From: an uncultured virus (IMG/VR IMGVR_UViG_3300018427_000754) | Taxonomy: Duplodnaviria > Heunggongvirae > Uroviricota > Caudoviricetes | Strand: one strand, 5' to 3' | Length of the DNA: 20,000 bases | IMG/VR virus record: IMGVR_UViG_3300018427_000754 | Shown here: positions 1 to 8,674 of the stretch, in pieces | Layout of the letters: the number at the start of each line of letters is the position of its first letter | Position numbering within the stretch: position 1 is the first letter of the stretch | Translations under genes and position numbers: made by a program | Notes under the pieces: model-generated | Databases searched by the model: none | The model's input: the letters and a program-made list of their open reading frames with translations, nothing else | Told to the model about the DNA's origin: nothing

Positions 1-23
1 TTTGACTCCCTATTTCTTTTCAT
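1..23 (-). CDS. 5' end of next phage gene (partial, MKRNRES...)
   Basis: ATG at 23 preceded by GAGGAGG, just after the stop of the upstream gene; runs off the window edge. Confidence 0.5.
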
Positions 24-24
24 G

Positions 25-558
25 TCACGCCTCCTCTGGAATATATGGTGCTGTTCTTTCCTTCCACGCAATCACTTTTCCAGAATGCATCCATCTCCCT
101 GATGAGCTGAACAGAACACATTCTGTGATATACTGCTTCTGTGAATTAATGACCTTTTCAATCGTTACTTCGTAAATACCGCATTCCTTTGGCAATTCCT
201 TTTCGCACAGTGTCCATTTCTTTTCATTGTCTTCAAAGATTTTCAAATGTTCTCTAAGATCTGCCATTGCCCAAAGATTACGATAAAACGCGGCAATCAA
301 TCCTTCCGGTTCCTCCAATGAATACATCCCGTTTTCCATTATTTCATCGTCAAACTGTTCATCATCCACTAGCGCCATGGATTCTTCATTCCAGCACCCA
401 AATACCAGCATGAGTTTTCTGGTCAAGTCTCTGGCAGTAATATCGATTTCAAAATCCCTGTATCTTGTCCATCCATCCTGTCCAATATAACAACAGTTAT
501 GTGCCAGCTCGACCATGCTCATGTCTTTTGTTATGGCATCCGTAGTCAGTCTCATCAT
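25..558 (-). CDS. phage hypothetical protein with C-terminal DUF551-like domain
   Basis: RBS GAAAGGAG; C-terminal WTLCEKELP...VIAWKERTAPY resembles the W..ERLP...VIAW.PLP.PY pattern of DUF551. Confidence 0.7.
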   Translation of the reverse strand: MMRLTTDAITKDMSMVELAHNCCYIGQDGWTRYRDFEIDITARDLTRKLMLVFGCWNEESMALVDDEQFDDEIMENGMYSLEEPEGLIAAFYRNLWAMADLREHLKIFEDNEKKWTLCEKELPKECGIYEVTIEKVINSQKQYITECVLFSSSGRWMHSGKVIAWKERTAPYIPEEA

Positions 559-1001
559 AATTCCACTCCTTTCAACAATTCCGGGTTATCGAATATATTC
601 CCTATCACCTCATAGAAGTACGGTTCTCTAATATCTACATCTCCATCAAAAGTCCAGCCAAACACTCCGTCACAGCAGCTACAGTTGAACGCACCATATC
701 TCACTACCCCAAGTGCTCGGATATTTCCCTTGGCATCCCTTCGAGCCACGATATCATTTTCCCATACGCTTTTTTCATTCTTGTCATACAAGCCCGTATA
801 CTGGCAAACTGTCTCTGGATTTACTCTTGTCATATTTAAAACAACTAACTGGTTCGGTGAGTATGTACTGGCTCCATTACATGGTGGAACTATATAGCAA
901 AAACCTTCATCGAGATTAATTAAACTCCCATACTTCCACTGTCCTTTGAGATCTTTAGCCCTATACCAATTCTTGTTTATTTTTTTTACCTCTTTCTGCA
1001 T
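555..1001 (-). CDS. YopX family phage protein
   Basis: YRAK...WKYGSL, ETVCQYTGLYDKNEKSVWENDIV and EVIGNIFDNPELL are typical YopX motifs. Confidence 0.9.
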   Translation of the reverse strand: MQKEVKKINKNWYRAKDLKGQWKYGSLINLDEGFCYIVPPCNGASTYSPNQLVVLNMTRVNPETVCQYTGLYDKNEKSVWENDIVARRDAKGNIRALGVVRYGAFNCSCCDGVFGWTFDGDVDIREPYFYEVIGNIFDNPELLKGVEL

Positions 1002-1171
1002 ATCGTCAACCCCTTATCATCTGTTTTCAGAACACATTCTTTGTATCCAATATCCAACTTAATCAAATAAAACTGGTCACAATCATCTATAACCGTTCCT
1101 GGTCTTGGCCTCATGAATTCTCCTGTCAGTTTCGGAAGAATCACTCTCTGACCGATATTTAATTGCAACAT
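986..1171 (-). CDS. small hypothetical protein (possible SH3-like beta fold)
   Basis: 61-aa ORF overlapping both neighbours in the operon; RBS GAAGGGA. Confidence 0.65.
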   Translation of the reverse strand: MLQLNIGQRVILPKLTGEFMRPRPGTVIDDCDQFYLIKLDIGYKECVLKTDDKGLTICRKR

Positions 1172-1542
1172 TCGTTTTCCCTTCTTCCATTCGCTTCCGG
1201 TTCTATATCCATCTGCTGGAGTGTATCTTCCAAAGCACTCATAATTGCAATCTCAAAAGGAGAGTCCTCTGTTTCCACTATCAACTGTCCACAATGTTTA
1301 CAATAGTTCGCATTATCTCCAACTATTTTTCCGCAAACTGTACAGTATCGATATCCATCCTCTCCTGTCTTCGGAAGATAACTTTCTTGTTTCATGAGCG
1401 CTGCCATTGCAATAATTTTCGCAATATATGCTGCAGTCGATACGGCTTCATTGCCTTTGAAGCCAGCATAATATTCAATTTCAGTAAGGGCTTCTTTCGA
1501 TGTGTCCGGGTCAATGATTCTTCTTGCTTCTTTTACCGTCAT
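1159..1542 (-). CDS. zinc-ribbon domain phage protein
   Basis: CTVCG...NYCKHCGQ (CxxC-n-CxxC); RBS GGAGGAAGG. Confidence 0.75.
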   Translation of the reverse strand: MTVKEARRIIDPDTSKEALTEIEYYAGFKGNEAVSTAAYIAKIIAMAALMKQESYLPKTGEDGYRYCTVCGKIVGDNANYCKHCGQLIVETEDSPFEIAIMSALEDTLQQMDIEPEANGRRENECCN

Positions 1543-1553
1543 ACGCCTTCCTC

Positions 1554-2618
1554 CTATCTCAATTTCACTGGAAGCACCAGTGACATGGAATCCTTCTTTT
1601 CTGTCTCTATGAACAGAGGAGATTGGTCTGTTGAAAGATTCAGATTAACAACATCGTCTTTAAATGATTTCACGGAATCGAGTACCAGTTTCGGATCAAA
1701 GCCAATACGCAGCGGTGTTGTCACATTCTTCAGCAAAGGAACATTCTCTTCGTACTGCGCAGTAGTGTCATTCGCCTCAATATGTAATGTCGCTCCATTA
1801 AAATTGAAAACGACCTTTTTACTCTCGTTTATACACATATTTGCCCTGGACATTGCTGCAATGAAATCTGTTCTTTCGATTGCTGTATTGATAAGAGTAT
1901 CTCTGAACATGCCCTTATAATTAAAATACGTTCCATCGAGAAGCCGGCTGAAAATCGTAAATTCCTCATTCTGCAGGATAACGCTCTTTGTGTCGTAAGA
2001 AACATCGATGTCTGACGCAATCCCCATGGACAGCAGTTTCTTCACTGCTACTTTAGGGACTATAATCTTCATGTCGGAAGTTCCTTCCACTTCGATTCTG
2101 TCCCATGCCATTACATGTCCGTTCGATGCGACCAGATTCAGACATCCGTCTCCTCCTTCGAAATAGATACCTTTCAACATGAGATTGGAAACAGTTCCAT
2201 CAGCCGCTGCATAAGAACAATGGGAAAGAGCTTCCATTAATTTCGCCCCTGGAAGCCTGATCGCATTCGCTGTCTCCACATTCCTCTTTTTGTATACGAA
2301 ATCTTCAGGAGGGAAGCTCTGGTAACTGTTCTTGATCTTGGACATCTTAATCGTTACCACGTTTTTGTCGTTCGCTGTGATTTCCACCTCTTCTCCTTCC
2401 GGAAGATTCTTGATAAGGTCAAAAGCTTTCATGGGGATAATAAAATTATCCCCTGCACAAGCCTCCAGTTTGACCTGCATCGTGATTTCTGTGTTGGAGG
2501 CTATTAAATATCCGTCCTCTACCAAAATGCCGGATAAAGCCGCGATTTTATCGTTCTTCTGGACAATGCTCTTCAGCTTATCAATTGCCCTTGAAATCTC
2601 ATATTTGATTAATCTCAT
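1554..2618 (-). CDS. dnaN: DNA polymerase III beta sliding clamp (phage-encoded)
   Basis: About 354 aa with ALSGIL, ASNTE, LKGIYF, LVASNGH, SRLLDGTYFNY, IGFDPK and terminal LVLPVKLR, all DnaN-like; start moved to ATG 2618 after RBS GAGGAGG. Confidence 0.9.
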   Translation of the reverse strand: MRLIKYEISRAIDKLKSIVQKNDKIAALSGILVEDGYLIASNTEITMQVKLEACAGDNFIIPMKAFDLIKNLPEGEEVEITANDKNVVTIKMSKIKNSYQSFPPEDFVYKKRNVETANAIRLPGAKLMEALSHCSYAAADGTVSNLMLKGIYFEGGDGCLNLVASNGHVMAWDRIEVEGTSDMKIIVPKVAVKKLLSMGIASDIDVSYDTKSVILQNEEFTIFSRLLDGTYFNYKGMFRDTLINTAIERTDFIAAMSRANMCINESKKVVFNFNGATLHIEANDTTAQYEENVPLLKNVTTPLRIGFDPKLVLDSVKSFKDDVVNLNLSTDQSPLFIETEKKDSMSLVLPVKLR

Positions 2619-3180
2619 CTTTGCCCTCCTCTTTCGGTTCGATTCCATCAAGAAATCGAAGGATGCCATTAACATATTTCAGTTCATAAGGTGCCAGTTC
2701 CTTCTCGTTCATGAATTTGTGGCCGTATATCTTTTTCATATCTCGAAAAACTACCCATGGCACGCGGTAAAATTTCTGGAAACCAAGTGACACAACGATG
2801 AAACACATGGCTCCCATCTTCATATATCTTTCAAAGCACGTTTCCTGTTCCTCTGTCACAACATTACGTCCTATCTGATGGCTGTCTGTATGCTTTGCAT
2901 CGAACAGAATCATCGTTGAATCATTAAGTATGCCTTTAAAATCCGGCTGGGCCTGCTTTGCGAAACAGCATATGAACTGCCCTTTGCTCCTGTTATATAC
3001 TTTCAGGACCTTCATAGGCTCCGGAGTCTTATCTATCGCAGAAATCCCAAGTCCTTCGTAAAAATCAGCCGCTGCCATAATCATCTGTTCAAAATGTTCT
3101 CCACTTGCTCTGGACCTTTTACCTTGTAATGACCTTGCATAGCTCTGCATCTGTTCCTCAACACTGTTCCATGTATCCAT
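2599..3180 (-). CDS. recU: Holliday junction resolvase RecU family
   Basis: GEHFE, IDKTPEP, QPDFKG, FDAKHT and Q(x)6Y..MGA.CF match the RecU PD-(D/E)xK pattern. Confidence 0.85.
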   Translation of the reverse strand: MDTWNSVEEQMQSYARSLQGKRSRASGEHFEQMIMAAADFYEGLGISAIDKTPEPMKVLKVYNRSKGQFICCFAKQAQPDFKGILNDSTMILFDAKHTDSHQIGRNVVTEEQETCFERYMKMGAMCFIVVSLGFQKFYRVPWVVFRDMKKIYGHKFMNEKELAPYELKYVNGILRFLDGIEPKEEGKDEINQI

Positions 3181-3448
3181 TATCCATTGCCACCTTTAGT
3201 AATTTATTGATTGTCACTGCTCCGATTCCAGGAATCTTGCTTATCTGCAGAGCCGCTATGAACTCGCCCACACTCTTTTTAACCGGTGCTGACTTCTTGC
3301 CATGCTCCATGCCTCTTTCAAATGCTTTCTGCGATTCTTCATCCAGATATCGGCATAGCTGTTCATCTGTCATTTTCCGTATTCTTACGGCTCTGTCATG
3401 AAGCATCTCTTCTTCTGCAGTCCGTCTACAGCTTCTTCTTTTCGCCAT
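3158..3448 (-). CDS. phage hypothetical protein (HhH-like IPGIG motif at C-terminus)
   Basis: In-operon ORF with RBS GGAAGAG; RKMTDEQL and KIPGIGAVT motifs. Confidence 0.75.
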   Translation of the reverse strand: MAKRRSCRRTAEEEMLHDRAVRIRKMTDEQLCRYLDEESQKAFERGMEHGKKSAPVKKSVGEFIAALQISKIPGIGAVTINKLLKVAMDNGYMEQC

Positions 3449-3689
3449 CCGTCTCTTCCTCTGTTCCCATCAGATAACCAACACTACAATCCAGAACCAT
3501 TGCAATGTAATTAAGGATTCTGCCTCTTGGCATCCTCTGCCCTGTAACGATTCTTTCTGCAGAATATTCAGTAATTCCAACTCTTCTTGCAAATTCTTTC
3601 ATGGATAATCCACTTTCATTGAATTTTTTCTTTACTCTCTCGAAGAAAACTTCTGTTTCATCCGAACTATATTGACTTCTCTCTGCCAT
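3426..3689 (-). CDS. XRE-family helix-turn-helix protein
   Basis: GLSMKEFARRVGIT...IVTGQRMP...IAMVLDCSVGYLMG is an HTH_3 pattern; RBS GAGGAGG. Confidence 0.85.
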   Translation of the reverse strand: MAERSQYSSDETEVFFERVKKKFNESGLSMKEFARRVGITEYSAERIVTGQRMPRGRILNYIAMVLDCSVGYLMGTEEETDGEKKKL

Positions 3690-3914
3690 TTAATCCTCCT
3701 CACTTACACAGCTGTCGAATCCATACTCACGAAACAGATTCGGTCTCAGCATACGAAACAACGTTATCGGTTCAAGTTTTCCATGTTTCTTCTCCAGACT
3801 TTTGGCATGCTGATGAATAGCCTTTGTCCAATGTCTCATTCGCGGTACCGGATTACCATGCATCTTCTCCCAGTTATGGGATGGCAATTTGATTTCATCT
3901 AACAATTCATTCAT
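3690..3914 (-). CDS. hypothetical protein (74 aa)
   Basis: Start moved to ATG 3914 after AAGGAGG; fills the gap in the operon. Confidence 0.65.
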   Translation of the reverse strand: MNELLDEIKLPSHNWEKMHGNPVPRMRHWTKAIHQHAKSLEKKHGKLEPITLFRMLRPNLFREYGFDSCVSEED

Positions 3915-4185
3915 TTGAATCCTCCTTGTCCTCCGGCAGATGAAATACTGTCGGTGCTGAATATAAGGCCGCTGGTCTTCCGTTCGGTCCTGTGACCACC
4001 GTGTGCCTTTTGAACCGTTCCTCAATCCGATCCATTATTTCCACTGCTTTTTCTTCTAACGAATATCGGCCGTAATTCTGACCTGTTACGGAATGGCGGA
4101 TTTCAAAGATATTATCAGTAATCTTTACAATGTTAAATTCAATCTGCTGGGTGATTTTTCTTCTATCCTGACTTCTGACTAACAT
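3907..4185 (-). CDS. phage hypothetical protein
   Basis: RBS GGAGG; MLVRSQD...YGRYSLEEKA..IMD.I pattern seen in Firmicutes phage early proteins. Confidence 0.75.
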   Translation of the reverse strand: MLVRSQDRRKITQQIEFNIVKITDNIFEIRHSVTGQNYGRYSLEEKAVEIMDRIEERFKRHTVVTGPNGRPAALYSAPTVFHLPEDKEDSNE

Positions 4186-4194
4186 GACACCCTC

Positions 4195-5190
4195 CTATTC
4201 CCTCAGATCTTCCAAATCCGGAATCTCTACATCATGTTCCCGACAGAAATGTCGGAAACAATCTTTGCATATGTATCCAAAGCTTTTATTTTTACCATGT
4301 CGTTTAATTCGGATTGTAATATTGACCATTTCTGCATTCTTCTTTCGTTCTTTACAGGCCAGGCACTCACTCGTGGTTCTTCGCAGGACCTTGTCGCTTT
4401 CTTCCTTGGCTTCCAGTCTTTCCGGGAACTGGCGAATCATGTTCTCTTCGCCAACGATGTCCACAAGGCTGTCCTTCATGAATACCGGTATCTTTCTAAG
4501 CTGGCATTCTTTTACGATTTCATCGACCCATTCTTTTTTCGGAACAATCCTTTCTTTCCTTCTGCCTGTTTCCGCTCCGATAATGACCCAGTCTATATAA
4601 TTCAGTGATGTTAGGTGTGCTGTTCCAAAAGGCTCATGCAATGGCTCAATGCTTAAGAAATTTTTGTGACGGCTGCTCTCAAAGTACTTTCCGTCTGGAT
4701 TTGTAAGCGTACTTCCATACCAGAAATTATCCTCTTCCGGAAGAATTCCTTTTTTGTAGAGTTCAATATACCGTTTCGGATTTTTGGTAAGGAAAAGGTA
4801 TATATGCTTCGGATATTTCTTGCATTCCTCGAAGATAAGCTGGATCCATTCATCCGGCACCCATTCCCCGAACATATCAGACATGGCACAAACAAAAATC
4901 TTATGTGTACTTTTCAGTTCTCTCAGTTTTCTCACACGGTATTTATGTAATGTCGGTTCGAATCCGAACGGTGCAATGATTTTCTGCCCTGTCTCCGGAT
5001 GTACAAAAACATCGTCCAGGATATATAAATCTCCATCCATTCGATACTGATCTGTCAGCGACTTGTTATACCGGACATCTCCTCCAAATCTTTTGCACAT
5101 CTTCTCAGCATAGCAGTATGGACATCCATGTCTGCATCCTGTTATAAAATTCAATGTGTGGTCACACCACTCTATCTTTGAACGTGTCAT
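4195..5190 (-). CDS. DUF5131 (phage Gp37/Gp68) family protein with extra C-terminal CxxC...CxxC
   Basis: SKIEWCDHT.N...GCRHGCPYCYA, IFVCAMSDMF, FLTKNP, FLSIEPL, IDWVIIGAETG, PVFMK; start at ATG 5190 after GGAGG. Confidence 0.9.
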   Translation of the reverse strand: MTRSKIEWCDHTLNFITGCRHGCPYCYAEKMCKRFGGDVRYNKSLTDQYRMDGDLYILDDVFVHPETGQKIIAPFGFEPTLHKYRVRKLRELKSTHKIFVCAMSDMFGEWVPDEWIQLIFEECKKYPKHIYLFLTKNPKRYIELYKKGILPEEDNFWYGSTLTNPDGKYFESSRHKNFLSIEPLHEPFGTAHLTSLNYIDWVIIGAETGRRKERIVPKKEWVDEIVKECQLRKIPVFMKDSLVDIVGEENMIRQFPERLEAKEESDKVLRRTTSECLACKERKKNAEMVNITIRIKRHGKNKSFGYICKDCFRHFCREHDVEIPDLEDLRE

Positions 5191-5381
5191 GCCTGTTCCT
5201 CCCAATATTCCACTGTGTTTTCATATGTCGGTTTGCTGCTATTCTCTTTTCCCGGTGTAATCTGCCTTCCGAGTTTCACACAATACCCTGCCTTGACCAG
5301 CAGATTTGCCATGGTCAGCCTGTCTTCTTCGTTCCACTGATTAGAGCCCTTCCTGATGCTCCGAATAATATTCCTTGCCAT
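5187..5381 (-). CDS. hypothetical protein (64 aa)
   Basis: RBS AAGGAGGTG; start ATG 5381 overlaps the pcfJ stop. Confidence 0.7.
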   Translation of the reverse strand: MARNIIRSIRKGSNQWNEEDRLTMANLLVKAGYCVKLGRQITPGKENSSKPTYENTVEYWEEQA

Positions 5382-7540
5382 TAACAGCACCTCCTTACTT
5401 CCTCGGCAACTTCCATCAGATCTGCTTCAAGGACATCTGCAAGGAGCTGGCCTTTCAAATGGCCATTCCAGATTTTTTTCTTTTCTTTACGCATTTCCTT
5501 GAATTCCTCCACTCTGAGAATCGCACTTGTATCAGCCAGTTTCCTGTCTTCCTCCGTCAGTCTTATCTGAATCTCTTTCTGCCATTTACGGATAAAGCCC
5601 TTTGCTTCTTCAAAATCTTTATTCTGCTTATCACCGGTCGTTCTTTTCTGTCTGGCAGTTCCTCCCGGTTCAATTTCCAGAGTATAATATGATTTATCGA
5701 CTTCTCCGGTTTTCCGTAAGAATACAATGAACGACTCTTTTCTCTGGATCCGGTCAAAATAAATGTCTGTCCTGTCGATACAGTGTCCAAGGGAACGCCC
5801 TTCAAGAATGATATCTTCTATCCTTTCCGGAACGATGATAGAGTACTTCTTGTCCTCGTATTCATATTTGCTCTTAATAGACTGAAGAACTTCATCAACT
5901 CCGGGATACTTCCCGGCAATCTCTCCTGCACGTTTTGCTACTTCTATTCCATCAGACTGTTTTACTGCCTCATCGTGGGCCTTCCTCAAGTCTTTCGGTT
6001 TATAGAACAGTTCTTCCGCTGTATTCATTTTCATCCTGTTCGCCATGCAGAGATAATCCTTCCAAGTCTGGATAACATCCCCGGCATTGAAGAAACGTCC
6101 TACTGTCATCTGTTTTCTGATGTAGTTGCATATCTTCTTTTCCGTCATCCGATCCATGATGAATTCAATGTCTGTTTGACGGATGCCATTTTCTTCAAAA
6201 AACTGCAGCACATCATCATCAATACATTTATTAGTCGCTTTTTCATACTTCAGCCATTCGAGATACAGTCTTCCTCCGTCTTTATTTCTGAGCCTTTTCA
6301 GCCTGCTCTTGTCAATCTCAAGGGCTTTTCCAAGTTCTTTGACATCCTTTATGTTGAGCTGTAAGCTGTTATCAATCAGTTCCAGTGACAATCTATAGAG
6401 ACCGGACTTTGCAAGCTGTTCCAGATATTTTTTTCTCTTCAGACATTCCAGATACATTTCCGGGTCGAACTTCTTTCCGCTCCTTATAATGTCCGGCAGC
6501 CCGGTTCTGGCCAAAATCCCTTTTTCCAGTAATGGAATAGTCCTCTTATATACATTGCCTTTGTGATGATGGTAATATGACTCCCATGTTGGTTCTCCTT
6601 CTCCAATCCATCTATGCTCGATATTTTTATAAAGACCGTATTCAAATGCTGTGCCGTATAATCTCTCGTTATAAATGACTCTTCTCCGCTCGAACACATG
6701 GGCTCTTTCCTCCTCATATTTTCCTTTACGGTAATGCCGCCTTGCCCGGAATTCCCTAAGAACAAAGCCGTCCTCACATTTCTGCAGAAGGTATACATAC
6801 TCATCAGTCGTATAAAAGCTTCCTGCCTTTCCTCTGGATTTATACTGGATTGCTTTCTTGCATCTTGTACATACGCCTGCTCCATTATGCTTAGGCTTCA
6901 CGACGGGAACTGTCTTCCTGCAGCTCGTGCAATATCCTTCTTTGACGCCCTTACGGTCATATTCGTAGAAAATAAAGTGCTGTATCATTCCGTTCCTGTC
7001 TGCCCAGTCTTTAAAATCTTTTGGAATTTCCGGAACCTGATCCATCATCAGATCCCATGGTTCCGTTTCCCGTTTATGCTTCTTTTTCAGTTGGTCAGCT
7101 CTCACATTGTTCTGATACTCAAGAATGCCTGCATACCCTCCATTTTTTGTTCCAAGGTATGCCTTGATTGCCCTGTATCCTTCTGGATTGATATATCTTC
7201 CGGAATACCAGGTGTATGTCGGCCATTCCAGATTGTCGACTTTTGCAGTTCTCCATTTCTGTGAATCACAGTCAAGCGTAAGGAATTCTCCGCTCTCTGG
7301 ATTGATGAACAGTTCATATCGCGGGGTTGTGTCTCCAAGCCGCATCCTGTCCACCAGATAAAATGCGACCTTTAATATACCGCTTAGATGCTGGCATCTC
7401 ATGTGTATTCCATATTTGTAATAATCCGTTGTTGACTTCCAGCCGACATCTTTTTTCTTCGGAACATCCATTCCCGCTTTTTTCATCATGGCATCCGTCG
7501 CATAGAGTTTTCGCAGCTTACGTAAATTCTCAGTCTTCAT
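5381..7540 (-). CDS. PcfJ domain-containing protein
   Basis: C-terminal WKDYL.MA, P.DL..AHD, IILEGRSLGHCI, IVFLRK, YYTLEI, QKR match PcfJ; N-terminal CTSC/CTRC Zn finger. Confidence 0.85.
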   Translation of the reverse strand: MKTENLRKLRKLYATDAMMKKAGMDVPKKKDVGWKSTTDYYKYGIHMRCQHLSGILKVAFYLVDRMRLGDTTPRYELFINPESGEFLTLDCDSQKWRTAKVDNLEWPTYTWYSGRYINPEGYRAIKAYLGTKNGGYAGILEYQNNVRADQLKKKHKRETEPWDLMMDQVPEIPKDFKDWADRNGMIQHFIFYEYDRKGVKEGYCTSCRKTVPVVKPKHNGAGVCTRCKKAIQYKSRGKAGSFYTTDEYVYLLQKCEDGFVLREFRARRHYRKGKYEEERAHVFERRRVIYNERLYGTAFEYGLYKNIEHRWIGEGEPTWESYYHHHKGNVYKRTIPLLEKGILARTGLPDIIRSGKKFDPEMYLECLKRKKYLEQLAKSGLYRLSLELIDNSLQLNIKDVKELGKALEIDKSRLKRLRNKDGGRLYLEWLKYEKATNKCIDDDVLQFFEENGIRQTDIEFIMDRMTEKKICNYIRKQMTVGRFFNAGDVIQTWKDYLCMANRMKMNTAEELFYKPKDLRKAHDEAVKQSDGIEVAKRAGEIAGKYPGVDEVLQSIKSKYEYEDKKYSIIVPERIEDIILEGRSLGHCIDRTDIYFDRIQRKESFIVFLRKTGEVDKSYYTLEIEPGGTARQKRTTGDKQNKDFEEAKGFIRKWQKEIQIRLTEEDRKLADTSAILRVEEFKEMRKEKKKIWNGHLKGQLLADVLEADLMEVAEEVRRCC

Positions 7541-8099
7541 CAGCTTTCACCTCCATGCACTCCACGTCATACCAAACATCGGGCAGGAACTCTTTTCCAT
7601 CAATTTCTATGATTCCAAGTTCAACAATCTCACAGCTGTTGGGGTTCTCTTTTGCAAGCCCCAATACTGAACCAATTTTTCCTCTCGCTCTCGGAGCTTT
7701 CCCTCTGACCACTACAAAATCTTTAATCTCTGCAACGCCCTGCTCCGTCTTTACATGCCTGCTCATTTTTCGAAAAGGATGTTTGTCCATGTAATTCAGT
7801 GCATGTATCACGAACTCAGCCAGTTCCAGTTTCTTTACCAGTTTCATTCTGGTACAAGATATCTTCGTATCGGATGCATCCTCATGAACATCGCCATCTG
7901 CAAGGACTATGTAATATACCGACTTGTCCCAATCTCCGTAATAATTCAAGCAGTCCAGCGGATCCTCAGCACAATGAAAGCCATTCTTTACACAATTCGC
8001 TTCCGGCTCTTCGAACCACTTGCCTTCTTCATACTGGAACCGTCCTTTTCCCATCGTACAGGTAAGGTCTTTGTTGAATCCTTTATATGCCATTAACAC
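7530..8099 (-). CDS. phage protein with AYKGF...GFHC.E.PLD N-terminal domain (DUF7666-like)
   Basis: MAYKGFNKDLTC...FQYEEG...GFHCAEDPLDCLNYY; GTG start at 8099 or ATG at 8093. Confidence 0.75.
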   Translation of the reverse strand: MLMAYKGFNKDLTCTMGKGRFQYEEGKWFEEPEANCVKNGFHCAEDPLDCLNYYGDWDKSVYYIVLADGDVHEDASDTKISCTRMKLVKKLELAEFVIHALNYMDKHPFRKMSRHVKTEQGVAEIKDFVVVRGKAPRARGKIGSVLGLAKENPNSCEIVELGIIEIDGKEFLPDVWYDVECMEVKADED

Positions 8100-8112
8100 A
8101 ATTCACCCCTCC

Positions 8113-8673
8113 TTACCCTAAAAAATCAAACAGGCTCATCTGTCCGCTGTCTTCTTTCGGTTTGGACTTTTTCACGGATTTCTGTTCACCTGTTTTATTT
8201 GCCTTTACACTTGGCTTCTTGACCTGACCACTTGTATCAGAATCCGGTTTCTGTTCTGGTTTCTTTTTCTGCTCTTCAGCTTTTTTCTTTTTGGCAGCTT
8301 TTTCTTCTTCAGCCTTATCATCCCGTCTGTAATATTCCTCGATCCATTTGAACATCGTCTCCTGAGGGATAGGGACAGCAATCGGTTCTCCATCTCGTGC
8401 TCTTCTCTTCTGTTCATCCGTAGGATTACTTGTTAACATTGCTTTTTCGCTGCAATATTTCATGCATTTTCCCCATGTTTTATGTTCTTGAAGAACCATT
8501 GCATCTAATTGCTCATCTGCCTTACATCTTTCAATGATTGAAGAAAAAATCATATCATACTGCGCTTCCATGACTTCTTTGTATTTCCCACTAACGGTAT
8601 TGATGCACTGTTTTTTCTCCTGTTCCAGTTTTTCAATCCCAGTATTGAATTTTATATTTCCTGCATCTGCCAT
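8113..8673 (-). CDS. PcfK-like protein (family that also carries AcrIIA9-type annotations)
   Basis: KTWGKCMKYC...FKWIEEYY, Lys-rich tail and terminal GQMSLFDF; lies upstream of pcfJ. Confidence 0.65.
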   Translation of the reverse strand: MADAGNIKFNTGIEKLEQEKKQCINTVSGKYKEVMEAQYDMIFSSIIERCKADEQLDAMVLQEHKTWGKCMKYCSEKAMLTSNPTDEQKRRARDGEPIAVPIPQETMFKWIEEYYRRDDKAEEEKAAKKKKAEEQKKKPEQKPDSDTSGQVKKPSVKANKTGEQKSVKKSKPKEDSGQMSLFDFLG

Positions 8674-8674
8674 T

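Noticed and set aside
978..1001. Possible non-canonical ATA start for YopX at 980 after GAGG
   Set aside because: The ATG at 1001 has its own plausible SD (AAGGGG), so the two cannot be distinguished from sequence alone
8113..8673. Calling this gene an anti-CRISPR (AcrIIA9)
   Set aside because: Only family-level resemblance to PcfK-like proteins; no Aca gene or dedicated promoter is adjacent, and activity cannot be inferred
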